A DNA stretch of 64,000 nt from Candidatus Marinacidobacterales bacterium (GCA_965226495.1 OZ245365.1:4064001-4128000), one strand, 5' to 3'. Counted from the stretch's first letter, positions 21,313 to 31,022 are shown. Notes: generated by a model from the letters alone, not told the origin. Numbers and translations: made by a program.

Positions 21313-21851
21313 CTGCCTCCTTTCGCACCGACCGACTGTTTGCGACGGAGGAGCTCGAGCTCGACGTCTTGATCTTCGATCACGGGCTCGACGAAGCATG
21401 GTTCGGCCTCGTGTTGGGAACGCACCTTTGCCAAATAGCCCTTGACCCGAATGCGAAGCTCTTCGAGCTCACGCTCCTGTTTCTCCAGCGCTTTGATGAG
21501 CTCTTCCCTCTCCTCGGCGATCCGTTGAATTTGACGCTTCACTTGCTCGCGTCGGTGACGGAAGATGAGAAGCTTCTTGATCGCGAAACGGGCCAAGTCC
21601 TCCTTCTCGCCCTTCATAGCGAGGGAGATGTCGTCTTCCAATCGAGCGATCTCCTTTTCGGCTCTTCCCGCTTCCTCGCCAAGCTCTCGTTGCTCGGACT
21701 CGAGCGCCTCCTTTCGAGCCCGCTTGCGCCCTAGCTCCGTTTCTGCCTCCCGAAGATGCTGTTTCAGGAGCAGGGCGCGATCTTCGACAGCGTCGACCAT
21801 GCCGTGAGCGTCCGCCTTGACCAGTGTGGTGACACGCGTTAGAAAACCCAT
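21309..21851 (-). CDS. pspA: PspA/IM30 (ESCRT-III-like) family protein, short form (180 aa)
   Basis: MGFLTRVTTLVKA amphipathic start; ED..LLKQ.LRE; A...EKEDLAR.A; long coiled coil; AAGGAG RBS. Confidence 0.85.
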   Translation of the reverse strand: MGFLTRVTTLVKADAHGMVDAVEDRALLLKQHLREAETELGRKRARKEALESEQRELGEEAGRAEKEIARLEDDISLAMKGEKEDLARFAIKKLLIFRHRREQVKRQIQRIAEEREELIKALEKQERELEELRIRVKGYLAKVRSQHEAEPCFVEPVIEDQDVELELLRRKQSVGAKGGR

Positions 21852-21877
21852 CGTCGTTCTCCTTTCTCGCAAAAACG

Positions 21878-23326
21878 TTAGCGCTTGCTCCCGGCGCGGC
21901 GACCATCTCGTCCGGCCTGTTGCCGCGTCTTGCTGAACTCGTTTCTCTTCTCGTCCTGCTGAACGCCGCTGAAGGCGTCTTCAACTTCCCGGGCTAGCGT
22001 GTCCACTTCCCCCAGGTTGCGCTCCACCGCTTCACTCTTCAGGACTTGGTTCAAGTCGCCTTGCCGTTCACGATAGGAATGGATCTTGGCCTTAGCGGCC
22101 TCGAGGCGGCCTTCACGAACGTCCTTTGCGACCTGCTCTTGCAAGCGGTTGTAGTACTCGCCCACCACGGAGTCTTCCCAAGCCTCCTTGTCCACCGAGG
22201 CGAAAAAGGTCTCTTCGTTGCGCACGCAGGCGATCGTCGGCACATCGTCCAGACCGAGCCGATACTGGGTGCCCCCTTCTTTGTAGGTGACGTCGATCTT
22301 GCCCATTTCGAACTCGCCGGGCTCGCTGCTCGGGATGCGATAGGTCACCCAAAGACGTCTCTCTTGACCCGAAAAGAGGGTGCCCGGACGGAAGATGACG
22401 CGACCGCCTTGCCGATCCAACGGGTAACCAGCGGCCTCGACCACCTCGACTCCGTCGCCCGGCTCCAGAGTGATCGCAACCGCCGTGGCGATCGTCTCCC
22501 GAGTCGCTTCGAACTCCTTGGCAAAGATCTCGGCTAGTCCATGGGCGCTCTCGAGGAAGTAGTAGTTACCAGTTCCGCTATCGGCGAGGGTGCTCATCAG
22601 GTACTCGTTGAAGTCGGCGCCCACGCCCACCGTCGAGAGCACATCCTCCCGCTCGGCGAACCGCCGGGCTCTCATGGAGAGACCCTCGGAAGAGCTATCC
22701 CCGTGATTGGCGAGACCGTCCGAAATGAGAACCACCCGAGCGAATCGACTCTCGGCACGCGAGGAGGAGATCGTCCGGTAGCCCAGATCCAATCCGGCGG
22801 ACATGTTGGTGTTGCCATCGGTGTCGATGCCCCGGATTCTGTGTGACCAAGCCGATCGAGCTCGGGCGGTCGCGGGCCTCAATGGGATGCGGAGCTCCGC
22901 GTCGGTCGAGTAAGTCACCAAGGCGAAACGATCCTGTGCGCCGAGCTGCTGGATGAGCTCGAGCACCGCGGCGCGGGCGTAAGCTATCTTCTCCCCCGCC
23001 ATCGAACCCGAGCGGTCCAGAACGACCACGAGATCGGTAGGGAGCGAGTCCGGCCGCTCCTTCCTAATTTTTTCGGCGGCAAGCACGAGCTCAACTTGGA
23101 CGAGCCCGTCACTTCCCACTAGCACGGCACCCTGGCTTGTCCGGGACGCGAGCGAAACTGTCCCGTTCGACGCGTGGGCCAACTGGATCGAACCATCCGG
23201 GCGCACCGACGCCGCATGGTTGATGAGAACGCCGGCCAACAGCGTGGCGACGAGGAGCGCGCCTACGACAGATAGGGGCGCTCTCAACAACTTGTTAGGT
23301 TTGGGTGTTTGTATTACTTCTGACAT
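21878..23326 (-). CDS. Membrane-anchored von Willebrand factor A domain protein (YfbK-like)
   Basis: N-terminal TM; MIDAS DRSGSM, GNTN, ISDG; TVGVG.DFNE; GAGGTG RBS. Confidence 0.9.
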   Translation of the reverse strand: MSEVIQTPKPNKLLRAPLSVVGALLVATLLAGVLINHAASVRPDGSIQLAHASNGTVSLASRTSQGAVLVGSDGLVQVELVLAAEKIRKERPDSLPTDLVVVLDRSGSMAGEKIAYARAAVLELIQQLGAQDRFALVTYSTDAELRIPLRPATARARSAWSHRIRGIDTDGNTNMSAGLDLGYRTISSSRAESRFARVVLISDGLANHGDSSSEGLSMRARRFAEREDVLSTVGVGADFNEYLMSTLADSGTGNYYFLESAHGLAEIFAKEFEATRETIATAVAITLEPGDGVEVVEAAGYPLDRQGGRVIFRPGTLFSGQERRLWVTYRIPSSEPGEFEMGKIDVTYKEGGTQYRLGLDDVPTIACVRNEETFFASVDKEAWEDSVVGEYYNRLQEQVAKDVREGRLEAAKAKIHSYRERQGDLNQVLKSEAVERNLGEVDTLAREVEDAFSGVQQDEKRNEFSKTRQQAGRDGRRAGSKR

Positions 23327-23393
23327 CGCTTTCACCTCTTTCAATCGGTTGAGTGTCTCTGATCCTTTGTACCGCAAGACGCGGACTTTGTTC

Positions 23394-23443
23394 GCAAAAG
23401 CAGCGTAAAAGCTCCGTGGTCCGGTTTTACATTCGATTTACAT
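23394..23443. promoter_or_regulatory. Two oppositely oriented OmpR-family (CpxR-like) direct-repeat boxes
   Basis: GCAAA-N6-GTAAA on + (23394-23409); TTTACAT x2 with 11-bp period (23426-23443), equal to GTAAA-N6-GTAAA on -. Confidence 0.6.
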
Positions 23444-23481
23444 GCGAACCCTCCTCCTCGGCCTTACAATGGAAGGGATCC

Positions 23482-24168
23482 ATGAACCAAAAACCACAGG
23501 TCCTACTCGTCGAGGACGAGGAAAGTATCCGGGAAGGGCTTCGAGATGTGCTCATCTACCACGGCTACGACGTGACGGCCGTGGCTTCCGGCGAGGAAGG
23601 AATCGATGTGGCTCTGGGAGCAGACTTCGCGGTGGCGCTGCTAGACGTGATGTTACCGGGCGTGAATGGTTTCGAAGTTTGTCGCCGCGTGCGCCAAGAA
23701 AAGCCGGGGCTGGCGATTCTGATGTTGACGGCGAAGGGCTCGGAGGAAGACGTGATCGAGGGTTTCCGCTGTGGTGCCGACGACTACGTCACGAAACCCT
23801 TCTCCGTACGAGAGCTAATGGCGCGGGTGGAAGCTCTTCTGCGTCGTTCCGGAGCTGTCGGCAGAACCGACTCCGTGGTCACTTTCGGCGGGTGGGAGAT
23901 TGAGACCGCTAACCTCATGGCCAGACGGGATAGCCAGCAACTGGAGATCACGCCTCGCGAGATGAGCTTGATTCGACTGCTTCATCGAGAGAAGGGAAGG
24001 ATCGTCAGCCGGAGAATGTTGCTGAAAGAGGTTTGGGGCATGGGGAGGGTGGAGGAGCTCGAAACCCGCACCGTGGACATGCACATCGCCAAGCTTCGAA
24101 AGAAGCTCCACCCCGATGGACGGCTCATTCAAACTGTTCGAGGCGCCGGCTACCGCTATCTGGGCTGA
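23482..24168 (+). CDS. OmpR/PhoB family response regulator
   Basis: LVEDE, LDVMLP, GADDYVTKPF, TRTVDMHI and TVRGAGY motifs. Confidence 0.95.
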   Translation: MNQKPQVLLVEDEESIREGLRDVLIYHGYDVTAVASGEEGIDVALGADFAVALLDVMLPGVNGFEVCRRVRQEKPGLAILMLTAKGSEEDVIEGFRCGADDYVTKPFSVRELMARVEALLRRSGAVGRTDSVVTFGGWEIETANLMARRDSQQLEITPREMSLIRLLHREKGRIVSRRMLLKEVWGMGRVEELETRTVDMHIAKLRKKLHPDGRLIQTVRGAGYRYLG

Positions 24169-24171
24169 ACA

Positions 24172-26055
24172 ATGACCAAAATCCGCCTCACGTTTCTTCT
24201 TCTGGCACTGGCCCTTCTGCTCCCGCTCGCCCTGCTGGTGCGTGGAGCCTTTCAAAGCGTCGGAAAGGAGCGCGAGCTCCGTCACCAGGCGATCGCCGAG
24301 AGGATCTTCGATGAGATGGAAAGAGAGCTCACGACATTCTTGCGACGCGAGGAAGCACGCAGCCTGGAACAGTATGCCCTTCTCGCTTCCGGCCGCGTGG
24401 AGGGGGTCGACGAGCCTTTCATTGAAGGGTACTTCCAGATCCATGCTGACGGGAGCGTCGATACTTGGCCGGAGACGTCGCGTTCTCTGACGGTGGGTTT
24501 GTTGAAGAGCTTGAGTCAGGAAGGTGAGGGCAACCAAGCGGCGGAGCGCTTTCGCGAGCAGACCGCGATCGAGCAGCAGATGCTGACACAGCGTCCCGGC
24601 ACGACCGTTGCGATCAAGTCCAAGGACAAGGCGCACAACGTGGCGTTGCAGGAGGATCGCAAAGAAGGCGAGAGTGATGCCTTTTACAGCTCGGAGTCGG
24701 TGTTGCGTCAGCTCAACCGCGGTGCCTACGCGAGAAAATCGGAGTCGACACCGTCGAACGAGCCTGACGCCAACTCGAGCGCCGAGGACGCGCGCTCTGT
24801 CGAGGCGTTGGGCGGCGACTCCAAACAGAACTCGGTCGATGAGCTTTTTGCCAACACGGAACAACCGGGATGGGAAAAGAGAGCGGGAGAACGGTCCGCG
24901 CGTCGACTCGGTGAAACGACCGACGGACGAGGCGGCGCGCTCGTTCCGCCGATGACGGCGCGGCTCCTCGGTAACGGGCATATCTTCCTGTGGCGCACGG
25001 TCGTCGACGTCGGCGCCACTTACCGTCAGGGGTTGGTATTTCGAGTTTCTGGCCTCTTCGAGTGGTTGAATACGCGGGTGATCGAATCGAGTGAGCTGAC
25101 CGGCCATGCCTGGCTGCTGCCGGAATCAGGCCGTGACGCAGAAGAGCTCTTGTCGGGCGAGGAAGGAGCGCTAGTTTATCGATACCAGTTCGACGAGCCG
25201 TTTACCGACGTCGCGGGACTGCTGAGCTTGGATCCCCTTCCGGCGTCCGGAGGCGCGAGCTATTTGCAGTGGTTGTCGGCGCTGGTCGTTTTGGTGTCGA
25301 CCCTTGGACTGTTCGCCCTCTACCGCATGGTGGCTGTGGCGGTGGGCTTTGCGGAGCGCCAGCAAAATTTCGTCTCCGCGGTAACGCATGAGCTGAAAAC
25401 ACCGCTCACCGCGATACGGCTCTACGGGGAGATGCTGCGCGATGGACTCGTGCCCGATGAGGCCAAACGGCGCCAGTACTTCGGCGTCATCACCGCGGAG
25501 TCGGAGCGCTTGACCCGGCTGGTGAACAACGTGCTGGAGCTCGCCAAACTGCAGCGAAAGAAACAAGGCGTGAGCTTGATCGCGGGACCGATCGAGCCGG
25601 TGCTGCGAGAGGTCGTCGACACACTCGAGCCTCACGCCAGAAACGAAGGCTTCGAGATTCGAATCCACGTGCCGCCCGATCTACCCCACGCGCGCTACGA
25701 CCGCGACGCCCTCCAGCAAGTTTTTTTCAACCTCATTGATAACGCCATCAAGTATGCGAAGACCGGCGCTAAGAGGCTCATCCTAGTCGAGGCGGAGGAG
25801 CGCGATGGCGGCGTGAGCGTGACGGTCGTGGATCACGGCCCGGGGGTGAGCGAGCGTCATATCCGAAAGGTCTTCGAGCCCTTCTTCCGCGGTGAATCCG
25901 AGCTGACCCGGACCGCCAAGGGCACCGGCATCGGCTTGGCCCTGGTCCGAGGACTCGTCGAGTCGATGGGAGGCAAGGTCATCGGCGAGAACTTGGCGGG
26001 CGGTGGATTCAAAGTCCGGGTGTCCCTCCCGCTAGCCACAAAAACGCCTGCTTGA
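24172..26055 (+). CDS. Sensor histidine kinase (2 TM, large extracytoplasmic domain)
   Basis: THELKTPL H-box; NLIDNAIKY; DHGPG; GTGIGL. Confidence 0.95.
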   Translation: MTKIRLTFLLLALALLLPLALLVRGAFQSVGKERELRHQAIAERIFDEMERELTTFLRREEARSLEQYALLASGRVEGVDEPFIEGYFQIHADGSVDTWPETSRSLTVGLLKSLSQEGEGNQAAERFREQTAIEQQMLTQRPGTTVAIKSKDKAHNVALQEDRKEGESDAFYSSESVLRQLNRGAYARKSESTPSNEPDANSSAEDARSVEALGGDSKQNSVDELFANTEQPGWEKRAGERSARRLGETTDGRGGALVPPMTARLLGNGHIFLWRTVVDVGATYRQGLVFRVSGLFEWLNTRVIESSELTGHAWLLPESGRDAEELLSGEEGALVYRYQFDEPFTDVAGLLSLDPLPASGGASYLQWLSALVVLVSTLGLFALYRMVAVAVGFAERQQNFVSAVTHELKTPLTAIRLYGEMLRDGLVPDEAKRRQYFGVITAESERLTRLVNNVLELAKLQRKKQGVSLIAGPIEPVLREVVDTLEPHARNEGFEIRIHVPPDLPHARYDRDALQQVFFNLIDNAIKYAKTGAKRLILVEAEERDGGVSVTVVDHGPGVSERHIRKVFEPFFRGESELTRTAKGTGIGLALVRGLVESMGGKVIGENLAGGGFKVRVSLPLATKTPA

Positions 26056-26190
26056 CACTCCCCGGTGGCAGTTGGATATCCCCCGTCCCAAGATCCTCTT
26101 CACAGTCGCCTTGCTGTCACTTGCCAGGTACGATGTGCGGCAGATCCTGGTTGAACCAATGCGCTGAGCCGCGACCTGAAGGGAGGAGCA

Positions 26191-27000
26191 GTGGTCACGC
26201 AGCAAGAGAAAGCGGACCGATTTAAGAAACTACACCAACAAGCCGGCGCTTTCGTGATTCCCAATCCATGGGACGCGGGCTCCGCACGCATCCTGGAAGG
26301 GCTGGGCTTTCAAGCCCTGGCGACCACGAGCTCCGGGTTTGCGAATACCCTCGGTCGGCTCGACGGACAGGTCACGGTCGACGAGAAGCTCGAACACTGC
26401 CGTTCCATTTGCCGAGCGACGAGTGTGCCGGTGAACGCGGACTTGGAGAATGGCTTTGCCGATGACCCCGAGACCACGGCGCGAACCATGGTGCGAGCGG
26501 CGGAAGCGGGAGTGGCTGGCGCATCCATCGAAGACTATAGCGGCGAGGCGATCTACGATTTCGAACTGGCGGTGGAGCGCGTGCAGGCGGCGGCGGAAGC
26601 GGCTCATGCTCTGGAAACTCCGTTTATGTTGACCGCGCGTGCCGAAAACTTGCTCCGAGGCCGCGACGATCTGGACGACACGATCCGGCGCTTGCAAGCG
26701 TTCGAGGCTGCGGGCGCCGACGTCCTCTACGCGCCCGGTCTGAAAACTCTCGACGAAGTACAGACGGTCACGAGCGCCGTTAGCAAACCCGTGAACGTGC
26801 TGGCGGTCATGGTGAAGGGGGCCACGGTCGATGAGCTGGCATCCGCCGGGGCGAAGAGACTCAGCGTCGGCGGGGCGCTCGCTTCGGCGAGCCTTGCCCC
26901 TTTGCTCCGGGCGGGACGAGAAATGCTGGAGGCGGGAAGTTTCGGCTGGCTCACCGACCGGGCATCGGCCAGTGATCTCGAACGGCTGCTGGGCTCTTAG
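26191..27000 (+). CDS. Isocitrate lyase / PEP mutase family protein
   Basis: PNPWDAGSA, ATTS, ADLENGF, SIED and TARAE motifs. Confidence 0.9.
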   Translation: MVTQQEKADRFKKLHQQAGAFVIPNPWDAGSARILEGLGFQALATTSSGFANTLGRLDGQVTVDEKLEHCRSICRATSVPVNADLENGFADDPETTARTMVRAAEAGVAGASIEDYSGEAIYDFELAVERVQAAAEAAHALETPFMLTARAENLLRGRDDLDDTIRRLQAFEAAGADVLYAPGLKTLDEVQTVTSAVSKPVNVLAVMVKGATVDELASAGAKRLSVGGALASASLAPLLRAGREMLEAGSFGWLTDRASASDLERLLGS

Positions 27001-27009
27001 CTTCCTCAC

Positions 27010-27648
27010 ATGCCGAACAGACTCTCCACTCTGCGAAAACATCAACGATCGCTCGCCGGCTGTGAACGCTGCCCCAAGATGCACGGGCCGGCGGTGCTGG
27101 GCGACCCGGTGCTGTCCAAAGTGCTTCTATTGGGACAGGCACCCGGATTCAAAGAAATAGAAGTCCACAAACCCTTCGCCTGGACCGCGGGCAAAACCAT
27201 GTTCGGCTGGTTCGCGAGTATCGGCCTCGACGAAGAAAGCTTCCGCCATGGTGTCTACATGGCGGCGGTCTGTCGTTGTTTCCCTGGCAAGAACCCGAAG
27301 GGAGGCGACCGGGTACCGGAGCCCGAGGAAATAGCGAACTGTGCCTCCTGGTTGGAGTCGGAAGTCAAATTGCTCGAGCCTGAGTTGGTGATACCCGTCG
27401 GCAAGCTCGCCATCGGGCAACTGATGCCGGTCGAGAAGCTGAAGGACATCGTGGGGCAGAAGTACCGGCTCGAGCTGCACGGAGTGCGAACCGATGTCAT
27501 TCCTTTGCCGCACCCCTCCGGCGCGTCAACCTGGCATCGAACCGAACCCGGAAAAACGCTGCTCCAGCAAGCGTTGAGTCGAATCCGGAAACATCCCACC
27601 TGGACGACGCTGGTCGGCAGCAAAGTCTCGTTGTCGATGGGAGAATAG
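27010..27648 (+). CDS. Uracil-DNA glycosylase superfamily protein
   Basis: CERC, GQAPG, CRCFPG and LPHPSG motifs. Confidence 0.88.
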   Translation: MPNRLSTLRKHQRSLAGCERCPKMHGPAVLGDPVLSKVLLLGQAPGFKEIEVHKPFAWTAGKTMFGWFASIGLDEESFRHGVYMAAVCRCFPGKNPKGGDRVPEPEEIANCASWLESEVKLLEPELVIPVGKLAIGQLMPVEKLKDIVGQKYRLELHGVRTDVIPLPHPSGASTWHRTEPGKTLLQQALSRIRKHPTWTTLVGSKVSLSMGE

Positions 27649-27663
27649 ACGGGGAAGAATTCT

Positions 27664-28191
27664 ATGAATCTCATCTACATTGTCATCTTGACGATCACGT
27701 TCAGTTTCACGGGCTGCAAGCCAGCCTCCGATACTCCCGCCGATACTCCGAATGACGCGCAGGAATCGGTTTTCTTTTTGGTGCGACATTCCGAGAAGGT
27801 CGATGAAAGCGAAGACCCACCGTTGTCCGAGGTGGGTCAGCAAAGGGCGCAAACGCTGGTATCCCTCTTACGTGATGCCGGCATCGAGTCTATCTACAGC
27901 TCTGATTTCGTCCGCACACGCGATACTGCCGCCCCATTGATGGAAGCGCTCGGAATCGAAATGAGTCTGTATGATCCCAAAAATCTTACCCAGCTGGCGA
28001 AAGAGCTCCTGGCCGTGTCAGGACGCTATCTAGTCGTGGGGCACAGCGACACCACGCCCGAGCTCGTCCGATTGCTCGGCGCCGACCCGGGCTCGGACAT
28101 CGGCCACAACGAGTACGATCGCCTCTATGTGCTGGTTTATCGTCCCGGGTTGGGCACCACGACGACGTTACTGCGGTTTGAGCCTCGCTGA
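27664..28191 (+). CDS. Histidine phosphatase (SixA/phosphoglycerate mutase-like) lipoprotein
   Basis: Lipobox FTGC; LVRHSEK; RT..TA; VVGHS. Confidence 0.85.
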   Translation: MNLIYIVILTITFSFTGCKPASDTPADTPNDAQESVFFLVRHSEKVDESEDPPLSEVGQQRAQTLVSLLRDAGIESIYSSDFVRTRDTAAPLMEALGIEMSLYDPKNLTQLAKELLAVSGRYLVVGHSDTTPELVRLLGADPGSDIGHNEYDRLYVLVYRPGLGTTTTLLRFEPR

Positions 28192-28260
28192 GGGGTCGGT
28201 TGGAAAAACGACGTCGTAGAGCCGCTCGCGGCTCGAGTCCGAAGGTGCTAGCCTCGATTC

Positions 28261-29058
28261 ATGCACGTGGTGGCGGTGACGCGATGGGGATCGCCGCTTC
28301 AGGAAGAGCTTCCCGAGCTGGCGACTAGGCTCGGCGTGGTGGCCTATGATCTGCGTCTGCGGCTGGCCGGTGGGTTGCCGTGCATGTTCGCGCGCGTGGA
28401 GGACGGGATGGAGGCGGCGGCGCACGTCGAGTTTCTCCGGGCACGCGGGCACGGCGCCGTCGCCTGCGACACGGAAGCAGTCCCGGGCCCGGAAGATCAA
28501 CTCGTACCCGTCGACTTCGAACTGACGGCGTCGGCGTTTCGCGGCAACTCCACCAAGGGTCGTCGCTTCGAGCTCCCCTACACGGAGATCGTGGCGATGG
28601 TGCACGTCGCCTGCGTTACCAGCGCGGAGCACATAGTGACGACGCAGGAGAAGAAGTTCGCGCTCGGGCGGGCCGTACTCTCGGGAGGGATGGTGCTTCG
28701 CAAGAAAGTCGACCGCGTCGACAAAACGGTAACTGACGAGCAGGAGCAGATGATCTATTTGTTCTCCCGCTCAGACCAAGTGCCCTGTGTCTGCAAGGAG
28801 CTGACGTTACGCTACGAGGGCTTGGGCGATCAGCGCCAGCTGGCCACGGTGCAGAACTTCGCGACGCTCTCGAAGAGGTTGCGAACGTTGGCCCCCGACG
28901 CTTTCCACGACCAACGCCTGTTGACGCACAAACGGCGAGCCGACATCTCGGTGTTCGCCGGCGGCGCCAAGGAACGCCGGATCGAGACCTCGAGCGCCAG
29001 GGAAAACGATCTCGCGGCTTTTCTGCTCCTCCGAGGCCACCTCGAAGGCCAGCTTTGA
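28261..29058 (+). CDS. Hypothetical protein
   Basis: 265-aa ORF with normal codon usage; TGnTAGCCT 6 nt upstream. Confidence 0.7.
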   Translation: MHVVAVTRWGSPLQEELPELATRLGVVAYDLRLRLAGGLPCMFARVEDGMEAAAHVEFLRARGHGAVACDTEAVPGPEDQLVPVDFELTASAFRGNSTKGRRFELPYTEIVAMVHVACVTSAEHIVTTQEKKFALGRAVLSGGMVLRKKVDRVDKTVTDEQEQMIYLFSRSDQVPCVCKELTLRYEGLGDQRQLATVQNFATLSKRLRTLAPDAFHDQRLLTHKRRADISVFAGGAKERRIETSSARENDLAAFLLLRGHLEGQL

Positions 29059-29359
29059 AGCTCCGACGCGGCCTCGGTTTTGCGGGACGCTTCGCGCTCC
29101 TCGCCGGTGATTACCCGGAAGAAACGGCGCGGCGAGCTCGTTCTGCGCGAGGGAGACCCCACTCGCGCCAAAAGGAACTACTTGCTACGAAGGCGTAGTC
29201 TTCCGGAGACGTAACTCGAGTAGAGTGCCGCCGTACGAGCGCAAACACGAGTGCTCCGATGATCGCACCCGCGCCGAGGTAGAGATAAGACATCGTTCCG
29301 ATACTACTTTGAAAGCTGCGGGTGCGGCACACAGCGTGCGGGTCCCTCAGGGAAGTGCG

Positions 29360-29605
29360 CTACACGTTCCAAAAGATGTTGCCATCCTTCCTCGTGGTGA
29401 CGACTTTGCGAAAGTCCTGGCCGGAGGAGGCATTGAACATCTCACCCGAGGCGTGCTGGGTGTAGGTGCTGGCCATGAACTGGGTGTCGTGCTGAATCGG
29501 CCCGGCGGACATCACGACGAGTCGAGGCTTGCAGTAGTCGAAGACCTCTCGGCAGTAGCCACTCTCGCAACCGTGGTGGGATGCGACAAACACGCCCACG
29601 CGCGA
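29360..29605 (-). pseudogene. C-terminal fragment of a ComEC/Rec2-like MBL hydrolase
   Basis: [13 protein letters not shown]...P.LVVMS and TTRKDGNI motifs; no N-terminal half. Confidence 0.6.
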
Positions 29606-29686
29606 GTGTGGGCCCGGTCGATACCTGGATAAACGTAGCGAGGACGCCGGCGCGCGCTCCGGCAAGCGTCCTGCTAACCGGTCGGA

Positions 29687-30005
29687 GAGCACCTGGTCGA
29701 ATGGGCTGCGGAAGGCTTTGGCGCCACGGTTGAGGACATGGTTATAGACCATCGTCGTGCTCACATCGCTGTGGCCGAGGAGCTCCCGGACGGTTCGAAT
29801 GTCGTAGCCGTCCTCCAGCAAGTGAGTTACGAAGGAATGTCGGGGGGCTCGTCGCCGGCTTTGGGATCCCCGCCATGCAGACCGCCTGACGGATGGCAAG
29901 CTGGAGCACGGATTCGTGTAAGTGGTGCCGCCGGCAACGCGCGGTCTCGCGGTCGACGTGGAATCGAGTCGCCGGGAAGACCCATCGCCATGGCCACTCC
30001 CAGAC
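29687..30005 (-). pseudogene. intI: Integron integrase (IntI) C-terminal remnant, frameshifted
   Basis: WVFPA...[11 protein letters not shown] (IntI-specific insertion), then after a frameshift near 29845 [38 protein letters not shown]...RSP.D. Confidence 0.88.
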
Positions 30006-30051
30006 CACTCTAGGGTTTTTTCTTTCGAGTTGGGGTTGGGAAGTGGAAGTT

Positions 30052-30120
30052 GGGGGAGCCCGCGACTTGTGGTCGCGTTTTTGGATGTGGTCCGAGATCT
30101 TGCGAATGACGGGGTTCTCG
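30052..30120 (-). mobile_element. Possible IS91/ISCR-like transposase C-terminal scrap
   Basis: PVIRKI.DH......RAPP tail. Confidence 0.35.
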
Positions 30121-30260
30121 GATTGGAGTTCTTCCTCCTGGCCTACAGGGCCAACGTTCACGAGATAAAAGACAAATAATGCCCCTTGACGAAATGCCGG
30201 GGGCGCCGGGTGCTTGCCGTTTCACGGTACCCCTTTTCCACACCGGAGGAGGATTAAAGG

Positions 30261-30802
30261 ATGCTCGATCGGGAAGACATTATCACCATCGTGCCGTACG
30301 CAACGGTGCTGCTGACATAGGTGATGGTCGTCTTCAAAGTGCCCGCAGTCGGTTAGAGCGCTTCTCGCAACCTGACACACGCCTCAGCGTTGGTATACGG
30401 GCTCTCCACCTACGAACGTCGCGTGGACTTTGATCTCAGTCAGAGCTTCGGGCTCTACCTCGAGCGGATTCCTATCAAGCACCACGAAATCCGCCCACTT
30501 GCCAGGCGCCAGAGCACCGCGGTTCGATCCGTCTCCGCTCGCCAAGGCGCCGCCCATCGTATAGGCGTAGAGCGCCTCAGGAGCGATGGCTGCCTAATCA
30601 TCTTCTCATGGCCTCGATCGGTGCCACGCACGCGAGAGGGCTACCGTCGTAGGTCCCCACCCCGGTGGGGAGCATCCATCATCTCGGCGAGTCCCGTTCC
30701 CGCACAGATGGGTATCCCCGTGTCGAGAGACTTCGCGGTCGTCATGAGATCGGGCACGATCCCGTCCTCGTCGCAAATGCTCCGAATCTTTTCGAGAAAG
30801 GC
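30261..30802. repeat. Collapsed duplicate of the 33721-36145 locus (small membrane gene, amidohydrolase 3' end, gabT fragment)
   Basis: 30320-30578 matches 33884-34142; 30573-30802 matches 35835-36145 with deletions; 30285-30316 matches 33721-33752. Confidence 0.9.
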
Positions 30803-30952
30803 AAGCGGGTTAAGGCTTGGCCATCAACAGGTCATGGCGGAAGTACGACGTCGCGGGACCAAAACCGGAGCGTTAGACGCCAAAAGTAGCATGTTAAGGC
30901 TCAGTAACGGCTATAATATGACCCTTTTGGCATTTAGTTCGATATTTTCTGA

Positions 30953-31013
30953 TTGACATATAACGCCGATTTTGTCATATTAAGTCAATAAAGAGCCTAT
31001 AAACTGACAAAAT
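30953..31013 (+). promoter_or_regulatory. Sigma70-type promoter with inverted-repeat operator for the XRE-hipA operon
   Basis: TTGACA-N17-CATATT with TGn extension; ATTTTGTCA (30969) / TGACAAAAT (31005) inverted repeat. Confidence 0.7.
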
Positions 31014-31022
31014 TGATCATTT

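Noticed and set aside
29360-29899. Novel integrase-MBL fusion protein
   Set aside because: Both parts are C-terminal fragments without a credible start; the in-frame join looks fortuitous
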